The notes: a model not told the origin generated them from the sequence alone. Counted from the first letter of the stretch, positions 25,629 to 39,313 are shown. The stretch is DNA of 64,000 bases from Eledone cirrhosa (GCA_964016885.1 OZ024740.1:114142001-114206000), one strand, 5' to 3'. Made by a program: numbers and translations.

Positions 25629-25742
25629 AGAAATACAACTCATTTGAAGACTATGCTTGTAAGACCGGTCTACTAAAAGATTCTGAAATCTCCACAAATT
25701 GCAGCTGTCTACAGAAACTGTACCCTTTTGTGTGTGAAATAT
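25629..25742 (+). CDS. Candidate host exon (phase 1-1): C-terminal part of a C-type-lectin-like domain
   Basis: Acceptor ctgattttaaaacag, donor gtatgt, 114 bp open: xKYNSFEDYACKTGLLKDSEISTNCSCLQKLYPFVCEI. The C..C-x7-C(E) pattern with FVCE is typical of CTL ends. Confidence 0.6.
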
Positions 25743-27376
25743 GTATGTTGTTACAAGAGTAAATGGACGAATATAATTGCAACAAGAATGGTGAATGCCA
25801 AACTACAAAGTCTTATGCTCGTTGAATATAGAAATGTCGAATGTAAAACTACATTTCCTGGCAGAATCCTATGGGCATAAATTATTGAGCTATTTGTTCT
25901 GATATTCTGCACCGATTTGAATGAACGATACCTTTTCCCTTTTTTGTTGGGGCCGATAAAATAAAGTACTAACCGTGAGCAATGAATAAATGTAATTGTT
26001 AGAGTTAGACGAAATTCCTTGCGGTATATTTTCTCGATCTTCACGTTTGGACTTGTTGATTCATGGGTAAAATTAAAACAATGCCGCTCTTAAACATCTC
26101 CGTCTTTTCCTTTGGAACCCAATATCTTGATTCGATATGGAAATATATCTGTCAAGTCTATACAAATGAGGTAATTTATACTAACGGATTCCTAACAGTG
26201 TAGTCTTTCACAAAACTCTATTCATCAAGCAAAATTGCCTGTGCTATAATTGTTTATATTACAGGCGTCTTTATGTTACTTATGCTATACAGTGTATTGA
26301 CATACGGTTCATATTAGTCTATAGTTTGAAGAGATATTGATAGGCAAGTCGGAGTTTTTAATACATGGAACACCTTAAACCAACATAGGAGCCTTTTTGT
26401 GGTCTCACAAAATGCTAGTGATAGCGATCACCTCTCATGTAAATCAAACACTACATTTTAATAAGTTCTATCGTCGTGGCTAGAATGGCGCTGATCATAT
26501 GTTTAATTATTCTGGAGGAAATGGGTTTGAATAATAACAATGACATTAACACGTTGCTGTACATATGATGGGATACGAACTGATGCATCCTCTATCTTTA
26601 TTATCTAAATTTCAGCCATGTTATTGGCTCCTCTCACTACAGACTTTTTCTCACTTTGCATTTCTCTCTTTCAATCTCTCACGCATTCTCACTTTATCTC
26701 TATTTCTTTACCATGTCCGTAAGCAAACAGTAATAGACCTGCGGCATGATATAAAAACAGACACCCACAGGCTAAGAATATCTGAATAACTTCATGGACA
26801 ATCTCCTAAAAATAAATGACTACACATACACAAAGACACATACATACAAAGCAAACATCATAACGAAAAATTGCATAAACATGTACACAGAAACACACTA
26901 ACACACACACACACACACATTTACATATATAAATGCATATAGACAAGCACACATATTTAGGAAAACATTCTGCCATGTGTAATTCGTTATTCGCAAGAAC
27001 ATTCATTAATTCTGTTAGCCGCCATGTTCAATCACTGCGACAACGTGTGAATGTTATTTCAGTATCTCACTACAGTTTAAATACGACAACGATAAATTAA
27101 ACTCTTGGAGTGATTGTATTAATTTCAGCTGCACCACCACTACATAACCTCTGCACCCCCTCTACAGTCAATCACCATACTACCATCGCTACTTGAATCG
27201 TAACAGCAAACCAAACATAAAAAATAATACGAGAAAACAACTATAAGCAACGTAATAACTATAAATACAAGAACAACATTTATAGAGCAACTAATACACT
27301 TTAACATTTACATTTCTCTATCTTTGAAAATTACATATAGTCTACTATAAATGGCACAATTACACTCCATCTCGTT

Positions 27377-27408
<32 letters not shown>

Positions 27409-28498
27409 GCTGCTGTTGCTACTACTGCTACTGCTGCTGCTGTTGCAGTAATAATAATAATAACATCAATTATCATTATATCATCGTTGAAAATTAAACC
27501 AGCATATCAGTAAGGCTTAAATTTTTTCTTTTAATCTAATAGGTAGCAAGAATAAAAATAATCTGAATTTCATTAAAACACGAACAGACGCATATACACA
27601 CTTATACAATATCACCAGCTCACACACATAAAGGCACTTACACTCATGTACGCCTATACATACGTAATGGCTTTGTTATATGAAAGTTTCTGTTTTCGTA
27701 AAACTGTTTTCATTTTTACTTTTTCTTTTTGCATTTAACACATTTCTCTGCTTGTTTATTTTCAAACTACAAATTTTATATGTTCCACAGTGTTTCACGT
27801 ATAGACTATTTTCATCTTTCAATATTTATGCATATAGCCAAAATTCGAATACTTAGCTCCATACACTGTTATATTTGTTAACGACGACAAGATTCCATCG
27901 ACAAAGCTTTGACAAGATGGGGCGGGTTTATTATTTCAAAAATATTTGGTTTCGAAAAATGTGTGTAAAATTATTTTAGTTTAATTACATGGTATTTCCT
28001 AATTAGAACACATTATAAACAACATTGTCAATAGCAAAAGTAATCACAACAACTGTATTAGCAGCAACAGGAGAGTTTCCACGGGGTCTCTTAACGCGCA
28101 AGACGTAATTACAAAATATCTTTAACTCACATCCTACCGACTGCATAATGGAGAGTAGCACACATTGACCAATGTAATCCAGCAGTACATAAAAGTTGTG
28201 ATAGTCACATCAGGGTTTTATATGACATTAGGTCAAGGCTGATTCTGTTGGCATATAATGTCACATTGAATCTCCCTGAGAATTATGTTGGTACATGTAT
28301 CTGTGTAAATCTCAATTATTTTCACCTGAAATTCACGGACAGACTGTACTGTTAATCGTAGAAACCGACGGTAATCGATTCCATTCCATTATTCTCCCCC
28401 CCCCCCCTCTCTCTCTATATATATATATATCTATCTATCTTTGTAAAATAAAGTTATTAAGTCAAATATTTAAGATTTGGGTTCGTTTATTAAAGATG

Positions 28499-28555
28499 TA
28501 CTGCTATATATATTTTGGAGACAGCCATCACTGGCTGTGACCTCTTCAGGGAGTT
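28499..28555 (-). ncRNA. Degenerate hammerhead (G12A)
   Basis: ACTCC-CTGAAGA-GGtcACAGCCA gtga TGGCTGTctCC-aAA-ATATATAT-A-GCAGT, followed by AATAAA. Confidence 0.55.
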
Positions 28556-28692
28556 CGAGTTGGTGTGGTAGAGACAGGTACACATGTTGTTAAAGTGTTT
28601 TACTCCGTCATTACTCCGTCATTACTCCGATATGTCCAGCTCCTGGTTGGGCTGTTATTTCTCTGAGGAACAGGAATAGAATCATATCTATT

Positions 28693-28780
<88 letters not shown>

Positions 28781-28864
28781 TAAGTTATTCCGGGATGAAT
28801 CGGAGGTAACCACAGTAAGTAAGGTACTGAATACATAGCAGAGTATAAAAGTTTTAATATAGAT

Positions 28865-28917
28865 GAGATTCGACAGGACTAGAACTGCTTCATTCTTGAG
28901 AAATCATCAGGTATCTG
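28865..28917 (-). ncRNA. Degenerate hammerhead (family also at 59085-59133 and about 59812-59845)
   Basis: AGATAC-CTGATGA-tTTC tcaa GAAt-GAA-gCAG ttctagtc CTGT-C-GAATCT; GUC triplet. Confidence 0.55.
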
Positions 28918-29082
28918 ACTGTCAAGTAAATATGGTGGTATTTATATCTTTTCTGGTGGTAGGAGAGGGTGGGGAGTGGGATGGGTGGAGGTCATTGGTT
29001 GAAAGAAAAGGGAATTCATTAAAAGCTAATTCTTTAAAGCTATAATTTATATTTAGAGTGACAAATATATGTATAAATATGA

Positions 29083-29256
<174 letters not shown>

Positions 29257-29302
29257 ATATATATGTATATATATATATATATTTATATACATATATATAT
29301 GT

Positions 29303-29459
29303 ATAGAACAGAACAAAGGAGAGGCATATGTATATATATATATGTATATATATATATATGCCTCTCCTTTGTTCTGTTCTACGCCATCTTGTTTTCAAGA
29401 TGGCGTGGGACAGAACAAGATGGCGTAGGACAGAACAAGATGGCGTAGGACAGAACAAA
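29303..29459. repeat. 20-bp tandem repeat (aagatggcgtaggacagaac x3) with an adjacent inverted copy
   Basis: Three units at 29397-29459, inverted unit at about 29369-29391, and IR 29303-29328/29357-29382. Confidence 0.8.
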
Positions 29460-29493
29460 AGAGGGGCACAAAAAACAAAAGAAAAGAAACCCC

Positions 29494-29538
29494 AGTCACT
29501 GAAGAGGTTACAGAATGTGTGACGAAAGAACTTTGATA
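29494..29538 (+). ncRNA. Candidate minimal hammerhead
   Basis: GTCA-CTGAAGA-gGTTACA gaatg TGTGAC-GAA-AGAACT-T-TGAT. Confidence 0.45.
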
Positions 29539-29745
29539 ATACATAAACAACCATCTGTTTGTGGAACCAACCAACCAACCGGAAATTTATAAATTCCTAA
29601 ATTTATAAATGTATTATAATAAATTGAAGTGAAAGCAACTTGTGCGTGTGTTTCTTATTGGCAACATGGCCCTCCCAAAGTATAACAATATCGGTTTCAA
29701 CACACGTTTTCAGATAAAGAATCTTGCTAAACAAATTCAGAAACG

Positions 29746-29790
<45 letters not shown>

Positions 29791-29855
29791 TACATACATA
29801 CATGCCAACACAAGAGCAAGAATGAGGGGCTCTTTCTACTGACATGGCTTTTAAT

Positions 29856-32800
29856 TATAACTGGAGTATATATAAAGAAGAAATTAAAAGATGATTAAAA
29901 AAGTTCCATATATTTTATTATGCGTATTTCTAAAACGACATCCTCCTGGGACAAACATTGTGTTCTCATCAAATAAAATAAGGTAAGTGTACAGTCAACA
30001 TATGACAAAAATATAAGAAAAGAGAAAAAATAGGAAAAAAGGAAAGAAGGTAAAAGGAAAAAAAAATAGAAGAAAGGAAAAAAGAAAGAAAGAAGGAGGA
30101 GAGAGAAAGTGAAAGAGAGAGATATATATACTTTTGATCGGGAACGGTGTCAAAAATGAAAAAAACAACTGTGAATAACGGCTTAAAAAATCATAATAAA
30201 AATAAATAAATAAATAAATTGATGAGGTGAATGAGCTAATATTACAAATATTAGAGGTCTAAAATATAGAAAATGGGTATATTATTTGATATTGAGTTTG
30301 GATACTAAAAATTGGATTAAGAAGTGTAAAAATGTATTAATAAAATCAAATTAATTAAATAAAATAAAAATTAAATTCAAAATAATTATAATAATTATAA
30401 AAAAGAGTTTTTTTTTAAATAAAATAAAATAAAATAAAATAAAATAAAATAAAATAAAATAAAATAAAATAAATTAAAATAAAATAAAATAAAATAAAAT
30501 AAAATAAAATAAAATAAAATAAAAATTAAATTAAAAATAATTATAATAATTATAAAAAAGACGTTTTTTTAAATAAAATAAAATGAAATAAAATAAAATA
30601 AATAATATCGACTAGAATAAAAAATAAAAATAAGAATAGTCTATCTATGTCAATATTAAAAATTACTATTAAAAATTTATCTATATGAGGTTTAGTTTTT
30701 GATTATTATTTTATATCAACAAGTAAATAAAGGAAATAGCTAGAAAAATTTATAAACGTAGAAAGACATATGACGTCATAGATTGTTTACAAAACCTACG
30801 AACGTTTGAACGAAAAATGTACGTCTATAGAGAAAGAGGTGAAAGGCTTAATAATGCAGCGAAAAGGGGCTTAATACATTGTAGAATATAATGAAATATG
30901 TGAGTAAAAATGTGTGAAAAGATATATGTGTAAAAGATATGTGTAAAAAAACCGTTATTCATAGAATAAGTTATAGGACATTAGCTGTATACTTTGTGAA
31001 AGGTCTTAAAAGATTTATGAATACAGAGACCAAATAAGTCCGTACGTCTATTTATAAAAGAGTTGAAATTCGAGATAATGGTAAATTTTTCAGCTAGACA
31101 TAAATTACAAACCCTAGATATGGAAGCATTGGAGTTAGGTAAAGCGTTGCAAATTTTAAGCCAAAAGATTTTGTCATTAATGTTTTTGTCTTTTAAGGAC
31201 CAAATAATTTCTGAGGGTGCGGTCCTGGTCCTTTTAAGTGGTTATTTAATTGTAGAAGAATTGTAATAGAATCTTGCTTTAAAAGAAGTAGCTGTAGACC
31301 CAACGTAGGTATGGGTATTGGTACTAGTTACCACTTTACATTCGTATATTAAGTTGTTGTTGAGACAGAAATTACTAAGAGGACAATTAGTTCTAATAGG
31401 GCAGTTGCATTTACGATTAAGATTATTAACAGAATTATTTACCAGTGGCCCAGGATTATTTATAATAGGAACTGGAGTGTTGGAATTATCTAAAGGAGAT
31501 GCTAAATTTTCCTGATTTACATTACTATTTGAATCATTCCTCAAAGATACGTTTGACGTCATATTTATATTTATGTTATTTTGCCTAAAGTGTACATTGG
31601 CGTCGGGCCTTAGAGTGTTATTATTATGACTCTCATGGTGGGATACATATGAGTTATTATTTAATATTTTAGAATTATGCTTTGAGATAATTTTAGAAAT
31701 GTTGGAAGTAGTGGAATATGAGAATTTAATAGTATGCCTATTAAAAATCTTGCTATAAATGTGAAGGGGGGAAGCTGTTATCTAAAGCCCTAAAAATAAT
31801 TTAGGGATATTACTAATAAGTGAAAGAGAGAAGGGAGCGTTGTACCAAAGGATAACTTTATATCTAGGTCTCCTCATTATGTTACTGGTATGCTGATAAC
31901 TAGCGACATTACTATAAGTTCTGCCAAGATTAGTTTCCTTAGTGTATTTAATTTTGTCTGGATAACCAACCCTAGATAACGCATTATTATAATAGTTCGC
32001 ATTAGCATCGACGATATGTTTATTAGAGGATAAATTAGAAATTTCTACACTTCTGACTATAGCAGTTTTAACTTTATTAGGGTGGTTTGATTTAAAGTTA
32101 AGCCGGTATCTAGATTAAGAGATATATCGAGGAAATTTGCTAATTTATCATTATTCTCAAATTCTATATTTAGTTTAAGATGCTTAAATAGTTCAAGTAT
32201 ATTTTTCTTAACAATATTAAAGTTTATTTAGTTTCAATTTAAGACAGTAAAAAGAGCATCATCACGATATATTCCACCGCGAAGTTGAGGAATTTTCCTA
32301 TTTAAAGAGTTCAAGATGAAAATTCCAACCAAGTCTGTCAATTGTGCTGAATCCGACGAACCCGTAGTGATGTCAAAATTGTTGGAAGTATCAGCTGTTC
32401 TCCAATATTCATTGTTAAATTCCAGGATGGTTTTCCTTGCGGCGAGAATGATGTTCAATTCATCAGTATTGATGTCCGAGTATTTAGACACATATGAGAG
32501 AGCCTTGTTAAAGAGTGAAGGAGAAATAGAAGAGTAATAGCTAGCAATGTCTAACTGAATACATTTTAGTTTGCTTTTATTATTCAGGTCATTCAACCAG
32601 TCTTACACATCAGAAGTACCCGACCATAAATTTAATTGAGAATTAGAGCAAACCTGTGGGATAATTCTATGCAAGATGGATTTACTAACAACCCCCAGGT
32701 CAGATTTAGAAGGGGCAATTAGTCTTACAGGCAAGTCGGTTCGAAAATTTGTTTTGTGATCTTTCAGACTAATCCTCTAAATTCTTGGGAAGTAGGGTTC

Positions 32801-33822
32801 TGATATTTTCCCAATTCCAAGTTTGGGAATAATCTCATATGCTTCGAAATTAATAGAATCAAGATTATCGTGGGGGGTTTTGCGATCATTTTTTCTTAGT
32901 TCTTTAAGGATAAGCTTATTATATTTATCCTTATTTATGCCGTATAAATTATTTGTTTTGTCAGAATGAACAAAAACGTTTTTAGAAGAACTAAGGTTAT
33001 TAATTTTATTCTTAAGGTTGATAAGGTGTCCCTGGCCTCGATAAGGGTTTCTTTTGAATTTAAGTCCTCGGATAATTTTAGTTAATTCATTTTCAAAAGG
33101 TGCTAAGTTTTTATTAAATGAAGGTTTTCTTTTAATGGAGGGTTATTATGTTCCTTTCTATAAAAATTCCCTTTTAAGCGCTGGTCATGGAAATATGTGA
33201 TCCATCTAAGCCTCCGCACGAAAGAGCCCGTTTTTTCTATCAAAGGTTTTGTGTATTCAGTTTTTCCCGGAATAGGTATGTATTTAAGTGAAGTTGTGAT
33301 GATGTAGTAATCCAAGTTATAATAGAAGTAGAGACCATCAATAGTATCCGATATAATAGTTAGCGCTCAATCAATTAAGGAGCAGGTTAATGTAGGAGGT
33401 GAGTAATATTATAGAACAATAAAACTATGCATACATCAGATAAGTATCACTCGACAGTTGGTATAACTGGAGTATATATGAAGAAGAAATTAAAAGATGG
33501 TTAAAAAAGTTCCATATATTTTATTATGCGCATTTCGAAAACATCATCATCCTGGGACAAAAATAGTGTTTACTTTTTTCCTCTCTTCTATTTCTTTTTC
33601 CTTCTTCTTTCCTTTTTTCCTATTTTTTCTCTTCTCTTATATTTTTGTCATATGTTGGCTGGACACTTTGTTGTTCGCACGTGTTTTTAGGCCTCATATA
33701 TCATGTTACCTTATTTTATCTGATGAGAACACAATTTTTGTCCCAGAATGATGTTATTTTCGAAATTCGCTAAATAAAATATATGAAACTGTTTTAACCA
33801 TCTTTTAATTTCTTCTTTATAT
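29856..33822 (-). mobile_element. Near-full-length Penelope-like retroelement, copy 2, with 3' pLTR, partial 5' pLTR and inverted pLTR
   Basis: 3' pLTR from 29856 (HHR 29911-29980); direct partial pLTR 33393-33563; inverted pLTR about 33575-33822 (HHR 33712-33781, + strand); ORF in between. Confidence 0.92.
30981..33338 (-). pseudogene. PLE polyprotein: RT, Asn-rich linker and GIY-YIG endonuclease
   Basis: SLKYIPIP..FVRRLRW, LDIASYYSSI, FDITTGSSDSAQLTDLVG, GGIYRDDAL, CNCPIRTNCPL..CLNNNLIY..YVGST..FKARFY; frameshifts, stops and one deletion near 32100. Confidence 0.9.
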
Positions 33823-33992
33823 ATATATATATATTCAGATCTGTTATTACGTGAATATGTATGTATGATTGGATGAATGCATGGATTAACGTACGTGTGT
33901 ATGTATATGTAAATACGTATCTATATAAGAGTATATGCGTATGTATATGTGCGCGTGTATATATATATATATAGGGGTGCAATTAGGTCTGT

Positions 33993-34814
33993 GTATTCTC
34001 CTTCAAAGTAATCCCCCTGGCGTCTGATGCACTTTTCCATACTTTTCTGCCACGCCTGCATGCACTCCTGGGAGTATTCTTCCGGGATCCTCCGCATTTC
34101 CGTTGTCACGGCCTTTTTGATGTCGTCCACGTCTTCAAAAGGGGTACCCTCTGGATCGTACTCGAAGATCCATGACTCATCCCCTGTTTTGACTGTCCCT
34201 AGCAAGTCTGGTTCGGTTTCAAGACGCTCGAGGATCTCCTGGCACACTTGCATGCGTCGACTCTTCTGTTCATATTCAGCAGTTTTGACACCATCTTCGC
34301 GCAGACTTTCCGCATGTATAAATATTCAATGAGAATCTTACAGACGCTGTCCCGATTTATGCACAGCTCATTTGCCATCAGTCGAACAGTCAGCCGACGA
34401 TCGCTACGCACCATCTGCCTGACGCGCTCACCGTTGACCTCAGTCCTGGTTGTTGAGGGCCTTCCGCTCCTGGGTTCATCTTCCACGTCCTCACGTCCTT
34501 CTTTAAACCTCTTGCACCACTCAAAAACACGTGAGCGTGACATCGTCTCATCTCCATACACTTGCTGCAGCAATCCCAGTGCTTCTGACGGAGTTTTCAA
34601 GTTTGTTCGTTGCTCTGTGCTCATTGCTTGACGACCTGAAACAGAGGACATGCATATCAAATTATGGAGAAAAAAGTTTGATCGCTGCAGATAGCTAATA
34701 TTACAGTTACATACTCCAGGGGGATTACTTTGAAGGAGAAAACTCTCAGTGTGAAGTTTGGCTTTGAAATACATCTTTTGTGACATCAGTCCAGGAACCT
34801 TTCTGACACACCTC

Positions 34815-34817
<3 letters not shown>
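33993..34817 (-). mobile_element. Internally deleted mariner transposon
   Basis: MSTEQR..VFEWCKRFKEGRE..RSGRP..KVCAKMV..TGDESWIFEYDPE fused directly to GTPFEDV..GDYFEG; inverted repeat ccagggggattactttgaaggagaa at 33996-34020 and 34716-34740; 5' terminus CGAGGTGTGTCAGAAAGGTTCC next to (TA)n. Confidence 0.9.
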
Positions 34818-34913
<96 letters not shown>

Positions 34914-35266
34914 TTCGTTTACGTGATTGAATATACTTGAATGCACAAAAGTGAAATTAATGTAAAACGCCTCTTTAATGCTGTGTACTTGGCTGTATAG
35001 AAAGCGCCTATTTAGATAAGGATTAATTTTTAGTAATGCTACTAAACCTACCTGTTTCTAGAGTTTAATCACTCTCTGCTCTGAAACATGTCTCACGTAA
35101 AGGATATAGTTGTATGAGGCACTTCACACCATAAATCGTTCAGTATACGCCAAAGGTAAGCAAAGGAAATGAATTACTTATATGTGATAACGTGAAAGCA
35201 AACATATCAATTCATACTTATGTGATGTAAATCGAAGAATGATTATAAACAAATGTAAATAAACAC

Positions 35267-35453
35267 TAAAGTCGATATAGAAAGATGATTTCTTGACAAC
35301 TCCACACTTACATGCGCGCGCACACAATTATACATATGTATATATATATATATGTATGTATATATATATATATATATATGCATATGTATAATTTTGTGCG
35401 CGCGCGTATAAGTGTGCAGTTGTCAAGAAATCTTTTTTCAATATCGACTTTAA
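35267..35453. repeat. Inverted repeat with ~75-bp arms around (TA)n
   Basis: taaagtcgatatagaaagatgatttcttgacaact...catatg versus catatg...agttgtcaagaaatctttttcaatatcgacttta. Confidence 0.85.
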
Positions 35454-35467
35454 TATGTATATGTATG

Positions 35468-35572
<105 letters not shown>

Positions 35573-35769
35573 AAAATCCACAATCTTCCCTTTCTTCAAG
35601 ATATGGTCGGATAACGAACATTTTCGCAGATATAAAGAAGAATTCTTCATTGAAAAATTTAAACCACTAATGGACACGAAAAAATGAATTAACACTCGGA
35701 GGTAAAATTCCATTTCACTACCCCAACTTCTTATGTGTACACATGAATATCTGAGTGAACGGTGAGACA

Positions 35770-35963
35770 CACACATATATGTGTGTAGGTATGTATGGAT
35801 GGAAGTACATGTGGGTATATATGTATGTGGGTGTGTGTAGGTGTGTGTGTATATATATGTATAGATGTGTGTATGTTTGTGTGTGTGTGTATATATATAT
35901 ATATATGTGTGTGTATGTGTGTATATATATGTATATATATATATACGTATGTATGTGTATGTT

Positions 35964-36049
<86 letters not shown>

Positions 36050-36258
36050 TATATGTTTATATGTGTGTGTATGTATATGTATGTGTCTATATATATGTGT
36101 GTGTGTGTGTATGTGCATGTATGTATATATTTGTGTACATATGTGTATGTTTCTGTATGTGTATAGTTATGTATGTATGTAGATGTATGTATATATATGT
36201 ATATATATATATGTATATATATGTGTATGTATATGTGTGTCTTTATGTGCTTGTGTGT

Positions 36259-36304
<46 letters not shown>

Positions 36305-36537
36305 ATGTATGTGTATGTATGTATATATATGTATATATATATGTATGTATGTGTATGTATGTGTATATATGTATGTGTGTATGTATGTACTTGTATGTGT
36401 ATGTGTATGTGTATGTATGTATATATATATATATATATATGTGTATACATATATAGATATATGTATATGTGTATATGTATGTATATGTGTGTATGTGTCT
36501 GTATGTGTTTATGTGTACATATATGTATGTATATATG

Positions 36538-36600
<63 letters not shown>
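35770..36600. repeat. Compound TA/TG/TATG low-complexity tract
   Basis: Direct reading; source of many spurious ORFs. Confidence 0.9.
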
Positions 36601-36601
<1 letters not shown>

Positions 36602-37118
36602 TAAATCTACCAAATGTTTACGGTAGTGTCCAATCCGTATGAAGAACTCAATGTAATCCGGATATCATGAAAAGAGAAGATGCATTCAAAAACTACTTTC
36701 GGTGAAAAATAAACGGAAAACAGAGCCAAGATAAATTATTTAAAAAATAATGAATAAACAAAGAAACAATTCCTTATATTAAAAAAATTCATCATTTTAC
36801 GATCGCTTCTAGGATATATATGTGTTAGAGTTGGTATGCATATTCTATAGATCTATGTACAATATTTATACAAACTATCAGAGGGAATATACATACCTAC
36901 ACATATATATGCTGTCTTCAGAAATAATGAAATATATTTCTGAAGACAGCATATATATATGTAGGTATGTATATTCCCTCTGATAGTTTGTATAAATATT
37001 GTACATAGATCTATAGAATATGCATACCAACTCTAACACATACATCCTAGAAACCATCGTAAAATGATGAATTTTTTTAATATAAGGAATTGTTTCTTTG
37101 TTTATTCATTATTTTTTT
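36600..37118. mobile_element. Head-to-head pair of PLE pLTR fragments (same family as 23194)
   Basis: 36600-36929 matches 23194-23515 directly; 36935-37115 is the inverse of about 36747-36926. Confidence 0.85.
36932..37069 (+). ncRNA. Hammerhead ribozyme motif with a ~103-nt stem II (mirror copy 36790-36929 on the minus strand)
   Basis: ATTT-CTGAAGA-[long hairpin incl. GGTATGTATATTC/GAATATGCATACC]-GAA-ACCATCGT-A-AAATGATG. Family consensus stem III is ACGATCGT; stem I is CATTATTT/AAATGATG in the mirror copy. Confidence 0.7.
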
Positions 37119-37122
37119 TATA

Positions 37123-37182
<60 letters not shown>

Positions 37183-37287
37183 ATGTGCATGCCTCTCTCT
37201 CTCTATATATATATACGTATATATATGTATGTGTGCATGTGTGTGTGTATGCAGGTATGTGTGAACGGAGGTATATATACGGACATA

Positions 37288-37330
<43 letters not shown>

Positions 37331-37619
37331 ATGGGTATATATATATATATGTATATTTAGTTATGTATCTTTATGTGTGTATATGTATGTATATGTATGT
37401 ATGTATATATATATATATATACCCATGTGGAGGTATGAGTACATATTCGTGTGTGTACGTATGTGTATATGTGTTTTTATATGTCTTTATATGTTTTTGT
37501 GTATGTATGTGGATGTATATGTACATGGGTGTGTGATTGATGGTGTGTGCCTATATATTCCTACATATGCCCGTGTGTGTATGTAAGTATATACGCACAT
37601 ATGTCTGTGTTGAACAAAG

Positions 37620-37790
37620 GACTAATTTTGGGATGGACGTAGAAAAATTCTTCAGAAAAAAATAATTGTTTACAAACTTGGCAAGTGCGATTTGCCTGTG
37701 ACCATTCTCAACACAAAGGAATCCCCTGAATAAAGGAATTTTTCGAGAATGACCGGGGCAGGCCGCACTTACTACTTTTCTCCCCACCCA
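37620..37790 (+). pseudogene. Highly decayed PLE GIY-YIG C-terminal remnant
   Basis: Across frameshifts reads KILQK..YKLGKCDL..TILNTKE..LNK.IFRE, like the PY..CxLC..LNK..E..CxH tail of other PLEs here. Confidence 0.4.
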
Positions 37791-38157
37791 ACCCTACTCA
37801 CCGTCTCAACTCATTACTGCTATTAACACGTTTTCAACACACCTACACCCATACACTTCTAAAAAGGGGGAGAAAAACCCCCCACCACACCACAGACATG
37901 TTAAATCCCTATATATAGAACAACACACCACATACACATCAGTTTGACAAGCGCACCTCAGTGTGAAAGGTCGTTCTAAAAACGAGACAATACCTCCTAC
38001 GTTAACCAAGAACTCCTAAGACCTAACTTAATTTATGAAATAATTTTTTTTAAGAAAAATTTTTTTTTTCTAATCCGGAAAAAAATTATTTTTGGATTTC
38101 GTGAAGAAAATAAATTTGTTGAAAGCACAAGTGAAGCCATTTTTTCTTCCCCCCTAT

Positions 38158-38208
<51 letters not shown>

Positions 38209-38240
38209 AGGAAACGAAAAATCAGTGATGCATCTGGACT

Positions 38241-38493
38241 TAGTTTATTTCGTGTTACAAATGTTTCGCCGGCATGTAGCTCGAGTCATGGTCCTTGTAT
38301 GGATCTGGCTGATTCTACTTCTTTCAGACACGTGTGTTACGTCCGGAGCAAATTTTATCACATTTTATCAAAATGTGCTCCTGACGTAACACCCGTGATG
38401 AAAGAACACGCAGAAGTAGAATCAGGCAGATGCATACAAGGACCATTACTCGAGCTACATGCCGGTGAAACATTTGTAACACGAAATAAACTA
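38241..38493. repeat. Inverted repeat (~82-bp arms) containing HHR-like 3' halves; probable PLE pLTR
   Basis: 38241-38322 is the inverse of 38413-38493; each arm has GAA-ACATTTGT-A-ACACG; the minus copy has CGTGT-CTGAAAGA upstream. Confidence 0.7.
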
Positions 38494-38907
38494 TAGTTTC
38501 CGGGAGAGATGACCCCTTACCATTGTCAAGGCAGAATTCTAGTAGAAGGAAAACTCTGATATAACACTTGCAACCCTGATGGTATCCAATGATGTTGACT
38601 TGTTCTTCTTTTTGGTAAATATCATCTTGGTTAAGAGAGTGGGACTGGCTTTGTGCAGTGCCTTTGCTCACTATAAAAACTTCACGGCACAGGCATTGCT
38701 TTATATCTGTAGATCTCTTTGCACTTCTCATGACAGGGTACAATGGGCCCAGCACTATGTGTCAGTAATTGTCACAAGTGTAGTGTTTGTAACAAAGTTT
38801 TCAAGTCGCTGGCTGGACTAAAAGGTCACACTCGTTCAGCGCATCAGTAGGGGTTCTCCTACATGGATATAAAGTAGTGGCCGTACTCGAAAACGAGTTG
38901 GCAGCCA

Positions 38908-39030
<123 letters not shown>

Positions 39031-39221
39031 TATATACACATATATATATACATATATATATATATAATATATACAAATATATATATACATACACCCTTTT
39101 TCACTAGTTCTAACCCACGGTCTGTTGCCATGCTGGGACACAGCCATTCATAAAATGCTGTGACATGGAATATACAAATACATAGACAGATTAAGTCTTG
39201 AATATTTATTGCTTATTTTCT

Positions 39222-39313
39222 TTCTTCTTCTTCTTCTTCTTCTTCTTCTTCTTCTTCTTCTTCTTCTTCTTCTTCTTCTTCTTCTTCTTCTTCTTCTTCT
39301 TCTTCTTCTTCTT
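39222..39313. repeat. (CTT)n, probably the expanded 3' tail of the adjacent RTE remnant
   Basis: Direct reading; abuts the RTE 3' end. Confidence 0.9.

Noticed and set aside
29397-29459. Short direct repeats superficially like a CRISPR array
   Set aside because: No spacers, eukaryotic context and no cas genes; it is a minisatellite.
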